Shown in pieces: positions 42,833 through 52,184 of a stretch of 64,000 nt of DNA; the first letter of the stretch is position 1; every line of letters starts with the position of its first letter. Under the pieces are notes generated by a model. The model searched no databases and was not told where the DNA came from. It worked only from the letters and a program-made list of their open reading frames with translations. This DNA comes from Minisyncoccota bacterium (GTDB lineage Bacteria; Patescibacteriota; Minisyncoccia; Minisyncoccales; JAGOPM01): positions 315,920-379,919 of the forward strand of contig JBAZJI010000001.1 in NCBI GenBank assembly GCA_041651395.1, given 5' to 3'. Both the position numbers and the translations under genes were made by a program.

Positions 42833-45505
42833 ATGTCCAATAAAAAATTTCTAGTATTTTTCGCTGTGTCTGCTTTGGCGCTGCTACTGGCGGGCCCAAT
42901 ATCGGCTAAAACCTATGTTTGTTTCAAAACATTTGGGCGATGTTTGGAAAATTTCAAATATTTTAATCCCTCGCCGGCCTGCACCGGTGATTTGGAAACA
43001 TATTATAAGGGTTTGACTGATGGTATTTGCTACTCCGACCAAGCGACTTGCGAGAATATTTGTAAGGCCGGCGGGCAAACCGGCAAGAAATTTTTTGTCT
43101 GTAAGCCCAATACTGCCAATCCGGCGACAGGCACGTGCGACCCGCACAAGAAAAACGGCACGGAGAGCGCCTATACGACCCAGCAAGCCTGCACTGACGC
43201 GCTAAAAACTGATTATGGCGCGACGGAAGTGAAGGGTCGCTGCTATGAGGAAAATGAGTACGATACATGCCGCACGGCGTGCGGAGCGAGTAATAATGAT
43301 TATTCCTATTCGGTTTGTATTTTAGGTGATAAAAAATGCGAATTGCATCGCTATTCCAAATATCCCAATACTGTCGAAGGTAAAAAACAATGCGAGATTG
43401 ATATAAACAATGACCAAAATTATAAAGGTTTAGCCAAGGGGTATTGTTATTTGGCCAGCGAACTAGAAACTGCCTGCAAGGCAGATTGTGAAAGGGCGAC
43501 AACTTTTGGCAAGCCCGGGGTTTGTATTTTGGGCAAAGGCTGTGAAGCGCATAAATTTGCCGCCACTTATGAAAACGATCCGGAATGGTGCCAAATTACT
43601 TTGACCCGGGATTACGGACTCAATATTACCAACGGCAAATGCTATGCCAGTGACGAGTATTCCAATGATGTAAATAACACGACTTTAACTTGCAACAAAG
43701 AGTGCAAGGCAACCTCGACCGTGGCAACAAAGAAGATTGGGGTTTGCTTGAAGAGTGAGAAAAAATGCGTCGAGCACCAAAGGGCGGACTTTTTCAAAAC
43801 CACTGGCGGAGGATATAACGTCAAAAAGTGCACGGATTATTTATCCTTGGGCATGGATTATAAAGGCGTTAATACTACGGGTAAATGTTATAATAGTGAA
43901 GAAATGAAAACGGGGGGAGTCTGTGATACGGAATGCGGCTCTGCGGTGGCAGAAAATTTTTATGTTTGCAATAAAACCACCAAGGCTTGCGAATCGCACA
44001 AGGTTCAGAGTTATGCCGGTATAACCGATTGCAATGCCGCGTTATCTTCTCTTTATCCCGATCATAGTTTAGCCGCTGATCGCTGCTACACTAAGGCCGA
44101 ATATGAGGGCGGTGTTTGCGGGAGAGACTGTGCTACCAGCCAGCCAACGAACAATTATTATATTTGCAACAAAACTACCAAGGCTTGCGAGCTCCATAAA
44201 AAGCAAGATTATACTAATGTGGATCTTTGTAAAGTCGATATTCGCAATCAGTATTCTGACCATGATCCGGCCACTGATAAGTGCTATTTGAAAACAGAGT
44301 TTGATAATGGGGTGTGCGGCCGCGAGTGCAACCCGAATAATCAGGCGATAGGATCAAAGAATGTTCTTATTATTACTAAGACCCTGGCTTCTCGGCCTAA
44401 AACTTCATTCCCGTTTGGTATACCCGGAATGCTCGATATTACCTCAGCGGGGTTTGCCGGATATAATTTTGAAGTCAAGAACAGTCTGGCAGGTAATCTT
44501 TCCGGTTATGACACAATCGTTTATCTAATGCCCAGCTTTGATGATTTGTTGACAACCGCGGAGAGCGCGGCTTTGGAAGCTTGGATAAAAAACGGCGGCA
44601 AGTTTATCCGTTTTGCCAACGCTATGGCTGAGCAGGATAATTTGGAATGGAATTTTTCGGACTTAAAGACCTTTAAGGCCTCTATTAATTCTAGTGCCGG
44701 CAAAACTTTAACTCCTTTCAAAATTTTGGAAGAAAACCCATTAGCGGCTTATACTGCGGCGCAATCCAGTTATGTTGATGTTTCCAAAATGGCTTATAAA
44801 AATGAAATTGAGGCCTTTGGCAGTTCGGAAATCTGGCCATATAAAGATAGCGCCTGGTGCAATACCGTTGTTCATGCCTCTAACGGCACGAACGATTCGG
44901 TTTTAGCTTATCGCAATTATGGACAGGGAATAATCATTTATAACGGTATCTATTTTGGCTCGGATTTTGGCGCTTCTCCTAAGCCCGGCACCGACACTTT
45001 AGCCAATAATATTACTCAGCTCTGGCTTAATGCTTTGCGCTTTACCTGGAAGACCAATAAATTATCCTGCACCAAACCGATTGCTTCTAATGAGGTAATG
45101 CCTACGCCCAAGAAGCCCGGCACGCCCAGTATTCCTAAAACTTTTTCTGATAAATTCGGACTAGATAATTCGCCGCGTGTTTTTGCCAGTGATGTTGACC
45201 CGATCGGCAATTATGCTGTTTTGTGCGGCACGGTCAATACCGGACCCGGTAAGGATGCTACTATTATTTTTGAGTATTGGAACGGGGCTAACCCTGGCAA
45301 AAAAATTCGGGTGGGCAAAATGGATGTCACGACTAATGATACCTTCTGTCAGCCGGTATTTGATCTTCAAGCTAACGCGACATATTACTTTGTCTTCCGG
45401 GCATACAATGGTGCGGGCAAAGTGAGCTCGGTTCCGGTGGAGTTTAAGACAACAAAGCCGACTGCCCGAGAGCTGGAAATCATAAAATTGTTTAGGGGCA
45501 AATAA
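42833..45505 (+). CDS. Secreted protein: seven tandem six-cysteine modules, a GATase1-like/DUF4350-like middle domain and a C-terminal FN3-like domain
   Basis: 890 aa with a signal peptide. The modules are about 65 aa with the pattern (F/Y)VC..x..C(E)xHK..x..C..x..(G/D)(K/R)CY..x..C..x..C. The C-terminus reads NATYYFVFRAYNGAGKVSSVPVEFKT. Confidence 0.6.
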   Translation: MSNKKFLVFFAVSALALLLAGPISAKTYVCFKTFGRCLENFKYFNPSPACTGDLETYYKGLTDGICYSDQATCENICKAGGQTGKKFFVCKPNTANPATGTCDPHKKNGTESAYTTQQACTDALKTDYGATEVKGRCYEENEYDTCRTACGASNNDYSYSVCILGDKKCELHRYSKYPNTVEGKKQCEIDINNDQNYKGLAKGYCYLASELETACKADCERATTFGKPGVCILGKGCEAHKFAATYENDPEWCQITLTRDYGLNITNGKCYASDEYSNDVNNTTLTCNKECKATSTVATKKIGVCLKSEKKCVEHQRADFFKTTGGGYNVKKCTDYLSLGMDYKGVNTTGKCYNSEEMKTGGVCDTECGSAVAENFYVCNKTTKACESHKVQSYAGITDCNAALSSLYPDHSLAADRCYTKAEYEGGVCGRDCATSQPTNNYYICNKTTKACELHKKQDYTNVDLCKVDIRNQYSDHDPATDKCYLKTEFDNGVCGRECNPNNQAIGSKNVLIITKTLASRPKTSFPFGIPGMLDITSAGFAGYNFEVKNSLAGNLSGYDTIVYLMPSFDDLLTTAESAALEAWIKNGGKFIRFANAMAEQDNLEWNFSDLKTFKASINSSAGKTLTPFKILEENPLAAYTAAQSSYVDVSKMAYKNEIEAFGSSEIWPYKDSAWCNTVVHASNGTNDSVLAYRNYGQGIIIYNGIYFGSDFGASPKPGTDTLANNITQLWLNALRFTWKTNKLSCTKPIASNEVMPTPKKPGTPSIPKTFSDKFGLDNSPRVFASDVDPIGNYAVLCGTVNTGPGKDATIIFEYWNGANPGKKIRVGKMDVTTNDTFCQPVFDLQANATYYFVFRAYNGAGKVSSVPVEFKTTKPTARELEIIKLFRGK

Positions 45506-45506
45506 T

Positions 45507-45725
45507 ATGAAGCCGCAAGATTGCCAGGAAAATTATGAGATTTGTGCCTGCCCGGCCTGCCCGCTCTATAATGAATGTAATGATTATGAAAAAGAGCGCT
45601 TGTTCTGCAGTCGTGGCAAAGCCCAGTGCTCTATGGATGTGAAAAAAGATTGTATTTGCGAAAGTTGCGGCGTCTACCTGGAAAACCATTTGGAAGGAAG
45701 ATATTTTTGTGCCAAAGGCGAATAA
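45507..45725 (+). CDS. DUF2769-like cysteine-rich small protein
   Basis: 72 aa. The pattern CACPACPLYNEC..LFCSRGKAQC..CICESCGV..YFCAKGE matches DUF2769. It starts 1 nt after the upstream stop. Confidence 0.6.
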   Translation: MKPQDCQENYEICACPACPLYNECNDYEKERLFCSRGKAQCSMDVKKDCICESCGVYLENHLEGRYFCAKGE

Positions 45726-45746
45726 AATTAAAACTATCTCTCTAAG

Positions 45747-45772
45747 TCCCCGCCCTTAAGCGGGGATTTTTT
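45747..45772 (+). terminator. Terminator after DUF2769 gene
   Basis: TCCCCGC-CCTTAA-GCGGGGA followed by TTTTTT. Confidence 0.8.
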
Positions 45773-45825
45773 GTTTTCGATTTTCATTTTGAATTTCGGC
45801 GACTTTATGTTATAAAAAATACATT

Positions 45826-46896
45826 ATGGCATTTTCTATCGGAATTGTCGGTTTGCCCAATGTCGGCAAATCTACTTTATTTGAAACAATCACTAAAAAA
45901 CAGGTAGATCGGGCTAACTATCCATTTTGCACTATTGATCCCAATGTCGGAGTAGTGGCAGTCCCTGATAACCGCGTTGATGCGCTGGCCGAACTTTCCA
46001 AATCCGCTAAGAAAATTTATACCACGGTGGAATTTGTCGATATTGCCGGCTTAATAAAAGGGGCGGCAGAGGGTGAAGGTTTGGGCAATAAATTTTTGGC
46101 TAACATTCGGGAATGTGATGCCATTGTTTATGTTTTGCGGGCTTTTGCCAATACCGACATTATTAATACGCAGGAAAAATTAGATCCGGTCGGGGATAAA
46201 ATGATTTTGGATACTGAACTTTCCTTGAAAGATTTAGAGACACTTAATAAGCGATTAGATGGCCTGGCGCGGGAAATCCGTGGCAATAAGGCAGACGCTC
46301 AAAAAGATGATACTGCGGTCCGCAAGGCCATTAAAATCCTCAATGGAGGCAAAATTCTGTATGGGCACCCCGATCTCCTCGAGGAAGACTTGAAATTTTT
46401 GGGCCAATATCAGCTTTTAACGCTTAAGCCGAGAATTTATCTGCTTAATGGTAAGGATTGTGAAGTTGCTCCCTCAGTTTTAGAAACCTTCAAACAAAAT
46501 GATTGGCCTTATTTGATTATTGATGTGGCGACAGAATTTGAAGCGGCGGGTTTAAGCCTTCAAGAGCGCCAAGATTTGGGGGTGGAAGGTGAGCCCGAAC
46601 TTGATGTGCTTATCCGTAAAGCTTATGAAATTTTGGGATTGATAACATTTTTAACTACCGGCACAGACGAAACTCGCGCCTGGACAGTGCATAAAGGCGA
46701 CAAGGCTCCGCGCGCCGCCGGAACTATCCATACTGATTTTGAAAAAGGCTTTATTAAGGCCGAAACCATTAATTGGAAAACTTTATTAGATTGCGGCGGT
46801 TATGCCGGAGCACGGGAAAAGGGCCTGCTGCGATCCGAGGGCAAGGAGTATGTGGTGGCAGATGGCGATGTTATGGAATTTAAGTTTAACAACTAA
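45826..46896 (+). CDS. ychF: Ribosome-binding ATPase YchF
   Basis: 356 aa. G1 motif [16 protein letters not shown], and a C-terminal YchF/TGS-like domain ending [12 protein letters not shown]. Confidence 0.92.
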   Translation: MAFSIGIVGLPNVGKSTLFETITKKQVDRANYPFCTIDPNVGVVAVPDNRVDALAELSKSAKKIYTTVEFVDIAGLIKGAAEGEGLGNKFLANIRECDAIVYVLRAFANTDIINTQEKLDPVGDKMILDTELSLKDLETLNKRLDGLAREIRGNKADAQKDDTAVRKAIKILNGGKILYGHPDLLEEDLKFLGQYQLLTLKPRIYLLNGKDCEVAPSVLETFKQNDWPYLIIDVATEFEAAGLSLQERQDLGVEGEPELDVLIRKAYEILGLITFLTTGTDETRAWTVHKGDKAPRAAGTIHTDFEKGFIKAETINWKTLLDCGGYAGAREKGLLRSEGKEYVVADGDVMEFKFNN

Positions 46897-46940
46897 ACAT
46901 TTTTGTAATTTGCAAAGCAGTGCTATAATATAAAAAAGTT

Positions 46941-47048
46941 ATGACGGTAGTTTTTGAAATTGTCGCCATTATTCTGACTTTTATAATGGGCTTTGTTGCA
47001 GGCGTACTCGTCTGCTTTTGGGGAATTTATAATTTAATCAGCATGTAA
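46941..47048 (+). CDS. Possible 35-aa hydrophobic micro-protein
   Basis: ATG..TAA ORF encoding MTVVFEIVAIILTFIMGFVAGVLVCFWGIYNLISM (one TM helix). TGCTATAAT lies 11 nt upstream. It is below the ORF-track cutoff and is supported only by its position and hydrophobicity. Confidence 0.25.
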   Translation: MTVVFEIVAIILTFIMGFVAGVLVCFWGIYNLISM

Positions 47049-47051
47049 AAT

Positions 47052-47747
47052 ATGGACACAGAAAAAAATAATCTGTTTATTTGGGCAGTGGGAGTAGTTT
47101 TAATCGTAATATTGGGGCTTTGGTATTTGCAAAGCCGCCCACAAAAGCCCAGTGAAGATATGGTTGGTCAAACTGTCGACGCGCAAGGGTCGCAGGGTGG
47201 CCCTATTGCTAGTACAAAAACAACAACTATGAAAAATAAACCACAATGCCCGGGATTTAAGCTTCCCGAGGAAGGAAAAAAGTATTTTGCCAAACTGCAA
47301 ACCAGCGCAGGCCATATCACTATTGAGCTAGATGCCGACAAAGTTCCTTACACAGTGGGTAATTTTATCTGTTTGGCTAGCAATAAATTTTATGACAGTG
47401 TAATATTCCATCGTGTTATCGAGGGCTTTATGATCCAGGGCGGGGATCCGGATGGCAATGGGACTGGTGGCCCAGGATACCAATTCGATGATGAGGAATT
47501 TTCTGGAAAATATAGCCGGGGAACTGTAGCCATGGCTAATGCCGGCCATAATACGAATGGCTCGCAGTTTTTCATTATGCACAAGGATTATGAATTACAG
47601 CCTAATTATGTGATTTTTGGGCACGTAGTCGATGGAATCGAAACTGTGGATACTATTGCCACTGCCAAGACCAAATTCAATGGCGGAGAGAATTCAACGC
47701 CAGTTGACCCGGTCAAAATTACTTCCATAGAGATTATCGAACGCTGA
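47052..47747 (+). CDS. ppiB: Membrane-anchored cyclophilin-type peptidyl-prolyl isomerase
   Basis: 231 aa with an N-terminal TM helix. Motifs FHRVIEGFMIQGGDP and GTVAMANAG.NTNGSQFFI. Confidence 0.88.
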   Translation: MDTEKNNLFIWAVGVVLIVILGLWYLQSRPQKPSEDMVGQTVDAQGSQGGPIASTKTTTMKNKPQCPGFKLPEEGKKYFAKLQTSAGHITIELDADKVPYTVGNFICLASNKFYDSVIFHRVIEGFMIQGGDPDGNGTGGPGYQFDDEEFSGKYSRGTVAMANAGHNTNGSQFFIMHKDYELQPNYVIFGHVVDGIETVDTIATAKTKFNGGENSTPVDPVKITSIEIIER

Positions 47748-47754
47748 AAATATC

Positions 47755-47779
47755 AAAACAGCCCTCGCGGGCTGTTTTT
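47755..47779. terminator. Bidirectional terminator between ppiase and pseudouridine synthase
   Basis: AAAACAGCCC-TCGC-GGGCTGTTTTT. Confidence 0.8.
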
Positions 47780-48485
47780 AGTTGTTTAAGTTTTTAACTT
47801 CTTGCTTGGAGAGTTCGCGGTATTTGCCTATTTCCAGACTGCCTAACTCCAGATTACTGATGGCAATTCTTTGTAAACATTCCACTTTGGCGCCCAGAGC
47901 GGCAAACATTCGGCGGATTTGGCGTTTTTTGCCTTGGGTTATGGCTATTTCAAATTCGTCTTTCCCTAAGGCTTTTATTTTTTTAGCTTGGACATGGCCA
48001 TCACCTTCGCCGATATCAATGCCATTTTTCATTTCTTGGATGATACGGTGAGCAGTCAGCTCTTTAGGTGCAATAATTTTCACGATATAGCGCTTTTCGT
48101 GCATGTAACGGGGATGGGTTAGCTTGGCAAGTAATTCGCCGTCATTGGTTAAAAAAATTAACCCGGTGCTATCCTTATCCAAGCGCCCGCAGATTGGCAG
48201 GCCGTGGTACTGTTTGGGGAGGAGAGAATAAATATTGATTTCGTTTCTAAATTTGGCGCTAGTGCAGGTGTAGCCGATCGGTTTATTAAATATTAAATAA
48301 ACTTTACTTGTCTGGGGGTTGATCAATTTTCCTTCGACTTCGATGACATCGGTTGTTTCTGCTTTTTGCCCCAAGGAGGCGGTTTTGCCATTTACCAAAA
48401 CTTTGCCCATGGCAATGAGGGTCTCAGCCTTGCGGCGGGAATATAATCCGGAATTAGCAATGAGTTTTTGGATCCGTTCTTTCAT
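47778..48485 (-). CDS. rRNA pseudouridine synthase (RsuA/RluB family)
   Basis: 235 aa. N-terminal S4 domain (SRRKAETLI..GKVLVNG) and the catalytic motif GRLDKDSTGL. Confidence 0.88.
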   Translation of the reverse strand: MKERIQKLIANSGLYSRRKAETLIAMGKVLVNGKTASLGQKAETTDVIEVEGKLINPQTSKVYLIFNKPIGYTCTSAKFRNEINIYSLLPKQYHGLPICGRLDKDSTGLIFLTNDGELLAKLTHPRYMHEKRYIVKIIAPKELTAHRIIQEMKNGIDIGEGDGHVQAKKIKALGKDEFEIAITQGKKRQIRRMFAALGAKVECLQRIAISNLELGSLEIGKYRELSKQEVKNLNN

Positions 48486-48487
48486 AT

Positions 48488-48542
48488 TTGACTTTTGCTG
48501 ATTATATTATATAATTTGGCAAATTGCAAATTAATAAGGAGG
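48488..48542 (+). promoter_or_regulatory. Promoter + SD of 196-aa membrane-anchored gene
   Basis: TTGACT (48488), 16-nt spacer, TATAAT (48510), AAGGAGG (48536). Confidence 0.55.
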
Positions 48543-48547
48543 AGAGA

Positions 48548-49138
48548 ATGGAGCCAGATGAGTTCCTGAAGACTTGCGGTATTGTTTTTCTTAGCATTAT
48601 TGCGGCCCTGGGGATTATTTGGTTGTTCTTCGCCAAGATATTCCCGCAAACCCCGCAATTAATAAGTTTGCCGGCCAACCAGGCTTTGGCAAAAAATTTA
48701 CCCGGACCAGAGCTGGTTGAAAAGCCGTATTTTTATTCACCGCCAATGACTGCGAAGACTCACTCCTATAGCGAGCGGGCTTTGGGCCAGAGGCTGTCGG
48801 GCATGTCGGGCTTAATAAGTGGTGTGGATGAAAATTATCCCGTTAAGGTTTATTTTCAGGTTATCCACAAAGAAGGAAAAACTGAGGACTATATGAGCTT
48901 GGTGCCTGCTAAATTGCTCCATCAGGAGCTTAGCGGTCAGGAAAGTTTGTTTTTCGATATTTACAACGAGGGCCCTAATATTTATGAAGATGGCCTAATT
49001 GTGCCGCTACTTAGCGAGGACGCCACTATCACGGGCAAAACCTTTTACCGTAGCGTAATTGTCGCCCAAGACGGGCTGACGAAAGCACTGGGCGCTTGGG
49101 AATTTTTGGGCAGAAGCCTTAAAAATAATCCCCCTTAA
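48548..49138 (+). CDS. Hypothetical membrane-anchored protein
   Basis: ATG 48548 lies 5 nt after AAGGAGG. It has one TM helix. No family recognised. Confidence 0.55.
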   Translation: MEPDEFLKTCGIVFLSIIAALGIIWLFFAKIFPQTPQLISLPANQALAKNLPGPELVEKPYFYSPPMTAKTHSYSERALGQRLSGMSGLISGVDENYPVKVYFQVIHKEGKTEDYMSLVPAKLLHQELSGQESLFFDIYNEGPNIYEDGLIVPLLSEDATITGKTFYRSVIVAQDGLTKALGAWEFLGRSLKNNPP

Positions 49139-49184
49139 TGAATGGGGTTTTTATTTTGTCGGCCAATTTTGATATAATCCAGTT

Positions 49185-51632
49185 ATGAAATTTAACGGTT
49201 TGAGCGCCGACGAAGTAATAGTCAGCCGCCAAAAATTCGGAAAAAATATTTTACCAGAAAAGGAAAGATATTCTCCTTGGCAAACGTTTTTTGCCCAATT
49301 CCAAAGCCCTCTGATTTATATTTTAATTGTGGTGGCGGCAATTTCAGTTTACTTCAAAGAAATTAATGACGCGATTCTGGTTTTTGGGGTCGTGTTTTTA
49401 GATGTCGGTATGGGTTTCTGGCAGGAAAATCAGGCGCAGCAGACTTTAAGCGCTTTGAAAAAAATAGTTAGCCACAAAGCTTTGGTTATTAGGGATAAGC
49501 AGCGCAAAGAGATTGCGGTTGAAAATGTAGTTGTGGGAGATTTGGTTGTGTTAGGCGCAGGCGATATTGTGCCTGCTGACGGGAAACTTTTGGAAGGGAT
49601 TAATTTATTGGTCAATGAGGCAATTTTGACCGGAGAGCAGGAAGCTTTACCCAAGAGCGAGCAGGGTGACAAAAAATTATTTATGGGCACAACCGTGCTT
49701 TCCGGGCGCGGAGTTATGAAAGTGGAGGCTATTGGCCTTAAAACAGAGATGGGGAAAATTGGTGCCAGTTTAGTCGAAATTGAGCAATCCCAGACGCCAT
49801 TGCAGCGCCAAATGGCGGATTTTTCGCACAATTTACTTTATATTATTTTTGCTGTTTGCGGCGCGATTTTAATTTTTGGTTTATTGGCCAAAGAGCCTAT
49901 CGTGGGCATGGTTCGTCTTTCTATCATTTTGGCCGTGGCCGCCATTCCGGAAGGGTTGCCGGTTGCCATTACTCTTATTTTGGCTTTAGGAATGCGCCGG
50001 ATTTTGAAAAAGAAAGGACTGGTTAAAAAACTTGTCTCTATTGAAACTTTGGGCGTTACTTCGGTTATTTGCACGGATAAAACCGGAACTCTGACCGAAG
50101 GGAAAATGCAAGTTAAGCGCCAACATTTTACCGATCCGCTTGAGGCTCGCTACTGCATGATTTTGGCCAATGATCAGAAAACTAATTTAGAAATTTCCCT
50201 TAATGAATTTGCGGGCGGCCAAAACGGGCTAGCGCCGCAAGAAGTTTATGAATCGGCGCCCCGATCATTTGAAGAATCTTTTGATAGCCAGAAAAAATAT
50301 ATGCTGACGGTTAACCATCTCAATGGTCTTGATCGGGTATTTGCTAAGGGCGCCCCCGAAATTGTTTTGGCGTGGTGCCCGATGCCCGACGAGGAAAGGC
50401 AAAAGTGGGAAGAGGAAATTTTTGCGTGGGCTTCCTCGGGTTTGAGGGTTTTGGGTTTTGTTACCAAGGAAGCGGGCACGCCTCTAGGGAAGTATGACTA
50501 TAAATGGTTGGGGATTGTCGGTATCGAGGATCCCGTTAGGCCTACGGCCAAAAAATCCATCCAGGACGCACAGGCCATGGGTATAAAAGTGAAGATAGTT
50601 ACTGGTGATTACAAGGAAACGGCGGCGCATATCGCGCGCAATTTAGGTTTAGCCTTTACCGAGAACCAGATAATTGCCGGCAGCCAAATAGAGAAAATGG
50701 GTGAAGAAGAATTGCAGCTTGTGGCATCGCGGGGGGTAATATTTGCCCGGGTTACGCCTTTACAAAAACTGCGCATTGTCAAAGCCCTGCAGACCAAAGG
50801 TGAAATTGTCGCCATGACCGGAGATGGCGTTAATGATGCGACGGCTCTTAAACAGGCCAATATCGGTTTGGTAGTGGATAATGCTACCGATGTTGCCAAG
50901 TCGGCTGGGGATTTAATTTTATTGGATAGTAATTTTCAAACGATTGTCGATGCTTGCGAAGAGGGGCGTTTGATTTTTGCCAACATTAAAAAGGTTGTCG
51001 GCTATACACTTTCCAATTCTTTTGCGGAGATTTTTCTGATTTTTGGCGCTATGTTACTTAAACTGCCTGCCCCCTTAACCATCGTGCAAATACTTTGGAT
51101 ACACTTTATTTGCGATGGGCCATTAGACTTATTGCTTGGCTTTGAGGAAAAGGAAAAATCATTGCGGGATTATTCCCCCAAGGAATTACAAAAGGAAAAA
51201 ATTTTAGATGGCTCTATGAAATTTTTGATTTTCGGTATCAGTTTTGTTACCGGTATTTTGGCCTTAATGTTATTTATCCATTATTACCGGGAGGGGGAAC
51301 TGGCCTTGGCGCGGAGCGTGGCTTTTGCGACTTTGGCGATAGTTGATTTGATTTATGTGTTTTCCTTCAAGAACCTAAAAAGGCTACTCATTAATACGGA
51401 GAATTTTTTTGCTAATAGATACTTGATATGGGGCGTGGCCGGCGGCTTTGTTATGGTTCTTATTGCCTTATATTTTCCTCCGGCTGTCAAAATTTTAGAA
51501 ACCGTTAAATTGACCGCAGTGGAATGGGGAGAAATAATTTTTATTGCTTTGCTAGATCTAGTATTGGTAGAGGCGGTAAAAGCGGTTAATATCGGCCGTC
51601 ACAAAAAATTATTGAAACATGAAAATTTTTAA
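49185..51632 (+). CDS. P-type cation-transporting ATPase (type IIA, Ca2+-ATPase-like)
   Basis: 815 aa. Motifs TGE, IPEGLP in TM4, the phosphorylation site ICTDKTGTLT, and the hinge MTGDGVNDA. Confidence 0.9.
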   Translation: MKFNGLSADEVIVSRQKFGKNILPEKERYSPWQTFFAQFQSPLIYILIVVAAISVYFKEINDAILVFGVVFLDVGMGFWQENQAQQTLSALKKIVSHKALVIRDKQRKEIAVENVVVGDLVVLGAGDIVPADGKLLEGINLLVNEAILTGEQEALPKSEQGDKKLFMGTTVLSGRGVMKVEAIGLKTEMGKIGASLVEIEQSQTPLQRQMADFSHNLLYIIFAVCGAILIFGLLAKEPIVGMVRLSIILAVAAIPEGLPVAITLILALGMRRILKKKGLVKKLVSIETLGVTSVICTDKTGTLTEGKMQVKRQHFTDPLEARYCMILANDQKTNLEISLNEFAGGQNGLAPQEVYESAPRSFEESFDSQKKYMLTVNHLNGLDRVFAKGAPEIVLAWCPMPDEERQKWEEEIFAWASSGLRVLGFVTKEAGTPLGKYDYKWLGIVGIEDPVRPTAKKSIQDAQAMGIKVKIVTGDYKETAAHIARNLGLAFTENQIIAGSQIEKMGEEELQLVASRGVIFARVTPLQKLRIVKALQTKGEIVAMTGDGVNDATALKQANIGLVVDNATDVAKSAGDLILLDSNFQTIVDACEEGRLIFANIKKVVGYTLSNSFAEIFLIFGAMLLKLPAPLTIVQILWIHFICDGPLDLLLGFEEKEKSLRDYSPKELQKEKILDGSMKFLIFGISFVTGILALMLFIHYYREGELALARSVAFATLAIVDLIYVFSFKNLKRLLINTENFFANRYLIWGVAGGFVMVLIALYFPPAVKILETVKLTAVEWGEIIFIALLDLVLVEAVKAVNIGRHKKLLKHENF

Positions 51633-52062
51633 TAAGGAAATCGAGAAATTTTCCTCCAAGACTTACGACTTCATCGATCTAAGCGAAGAAATCATCGCCA
51701 TTGCCAAAGAAAGTCAAATTAAAAACGGTTTGATCAATATTCAAAGCTTACACACCTCGGCCGCGGTTCTTTGCAATGAAAACGAACCTTTACTCCTGGA
51801 TGATTTTCGTCGTAATTTAGAAATGACAGCTGAAAAGGCGGGAAAATATCAGCACGATAACTTAGCTGTTCGGACGGTTAATATTTGTGCGGGTGAGTGC
51901 ATTAATGGGCATGCTCATTGCAAAGCTATTCATTTGCCTACAAGTATTACGCTCAATTTGATCGAGGGACAGATCTCGTTTGGCCAGTGGCAGAGAATCT
52001 TTTTGCTTGAATTGGACCAAGCCCGACCACGGCGGGTGCAAATTATGATAATTGGAGAATAA
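51619..52062 (+). CDS. YjbQ/UPF0047-family protein
   Basis: 147 aa. The pattern HTSAAV..NE...D.......H..NGHAH...GQWQRIFL.ELD..R.R matches the family. Confidence 0.78.
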   Translation: MKIFNKEIEKFSSKTYDFIDLSEEIIAIAKESQIKNGLINIQSLHTSAAVLCNENEPLLLDDFRRNLEMTAEKAGKYQHDNLAVRTVNICAGECINGHAHCKAIHLPTSITLNLIEGQISFGQWQRIFLLELDQARPRRVQIMIIGE

Positions 52063-52112
52063 TTGAGATAAATTCGGGCGTTTCAAGCGCCCTTTTTGTT
52101 GTGAGTTTAACA

Positions 52113-52177
52113 TTGACATTGCTAAAATTTATATCATAATTAAATCAGAACAATTATAATTTAATTGTGAGAGGAGG
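52113..52177 (+). promoter_or_regulatory. Promoter + SD of lipoprotein gene
   Basis: TTGACA (52113), 16-nt spacer, CATAAT (52135), GAGGAGG (52171). Confidence 0.55.
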
Positions 52178-52184
52178 TCGCTAA

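Noticed and set aside
42963-43502. A 179-aa minus-strand ORF inside the Cys-repeat gene.
   Set aside because: It is a shadow ORF. The plus-strand frame shows a seven-fold periodic cysteine pattern that cannot be accidental.
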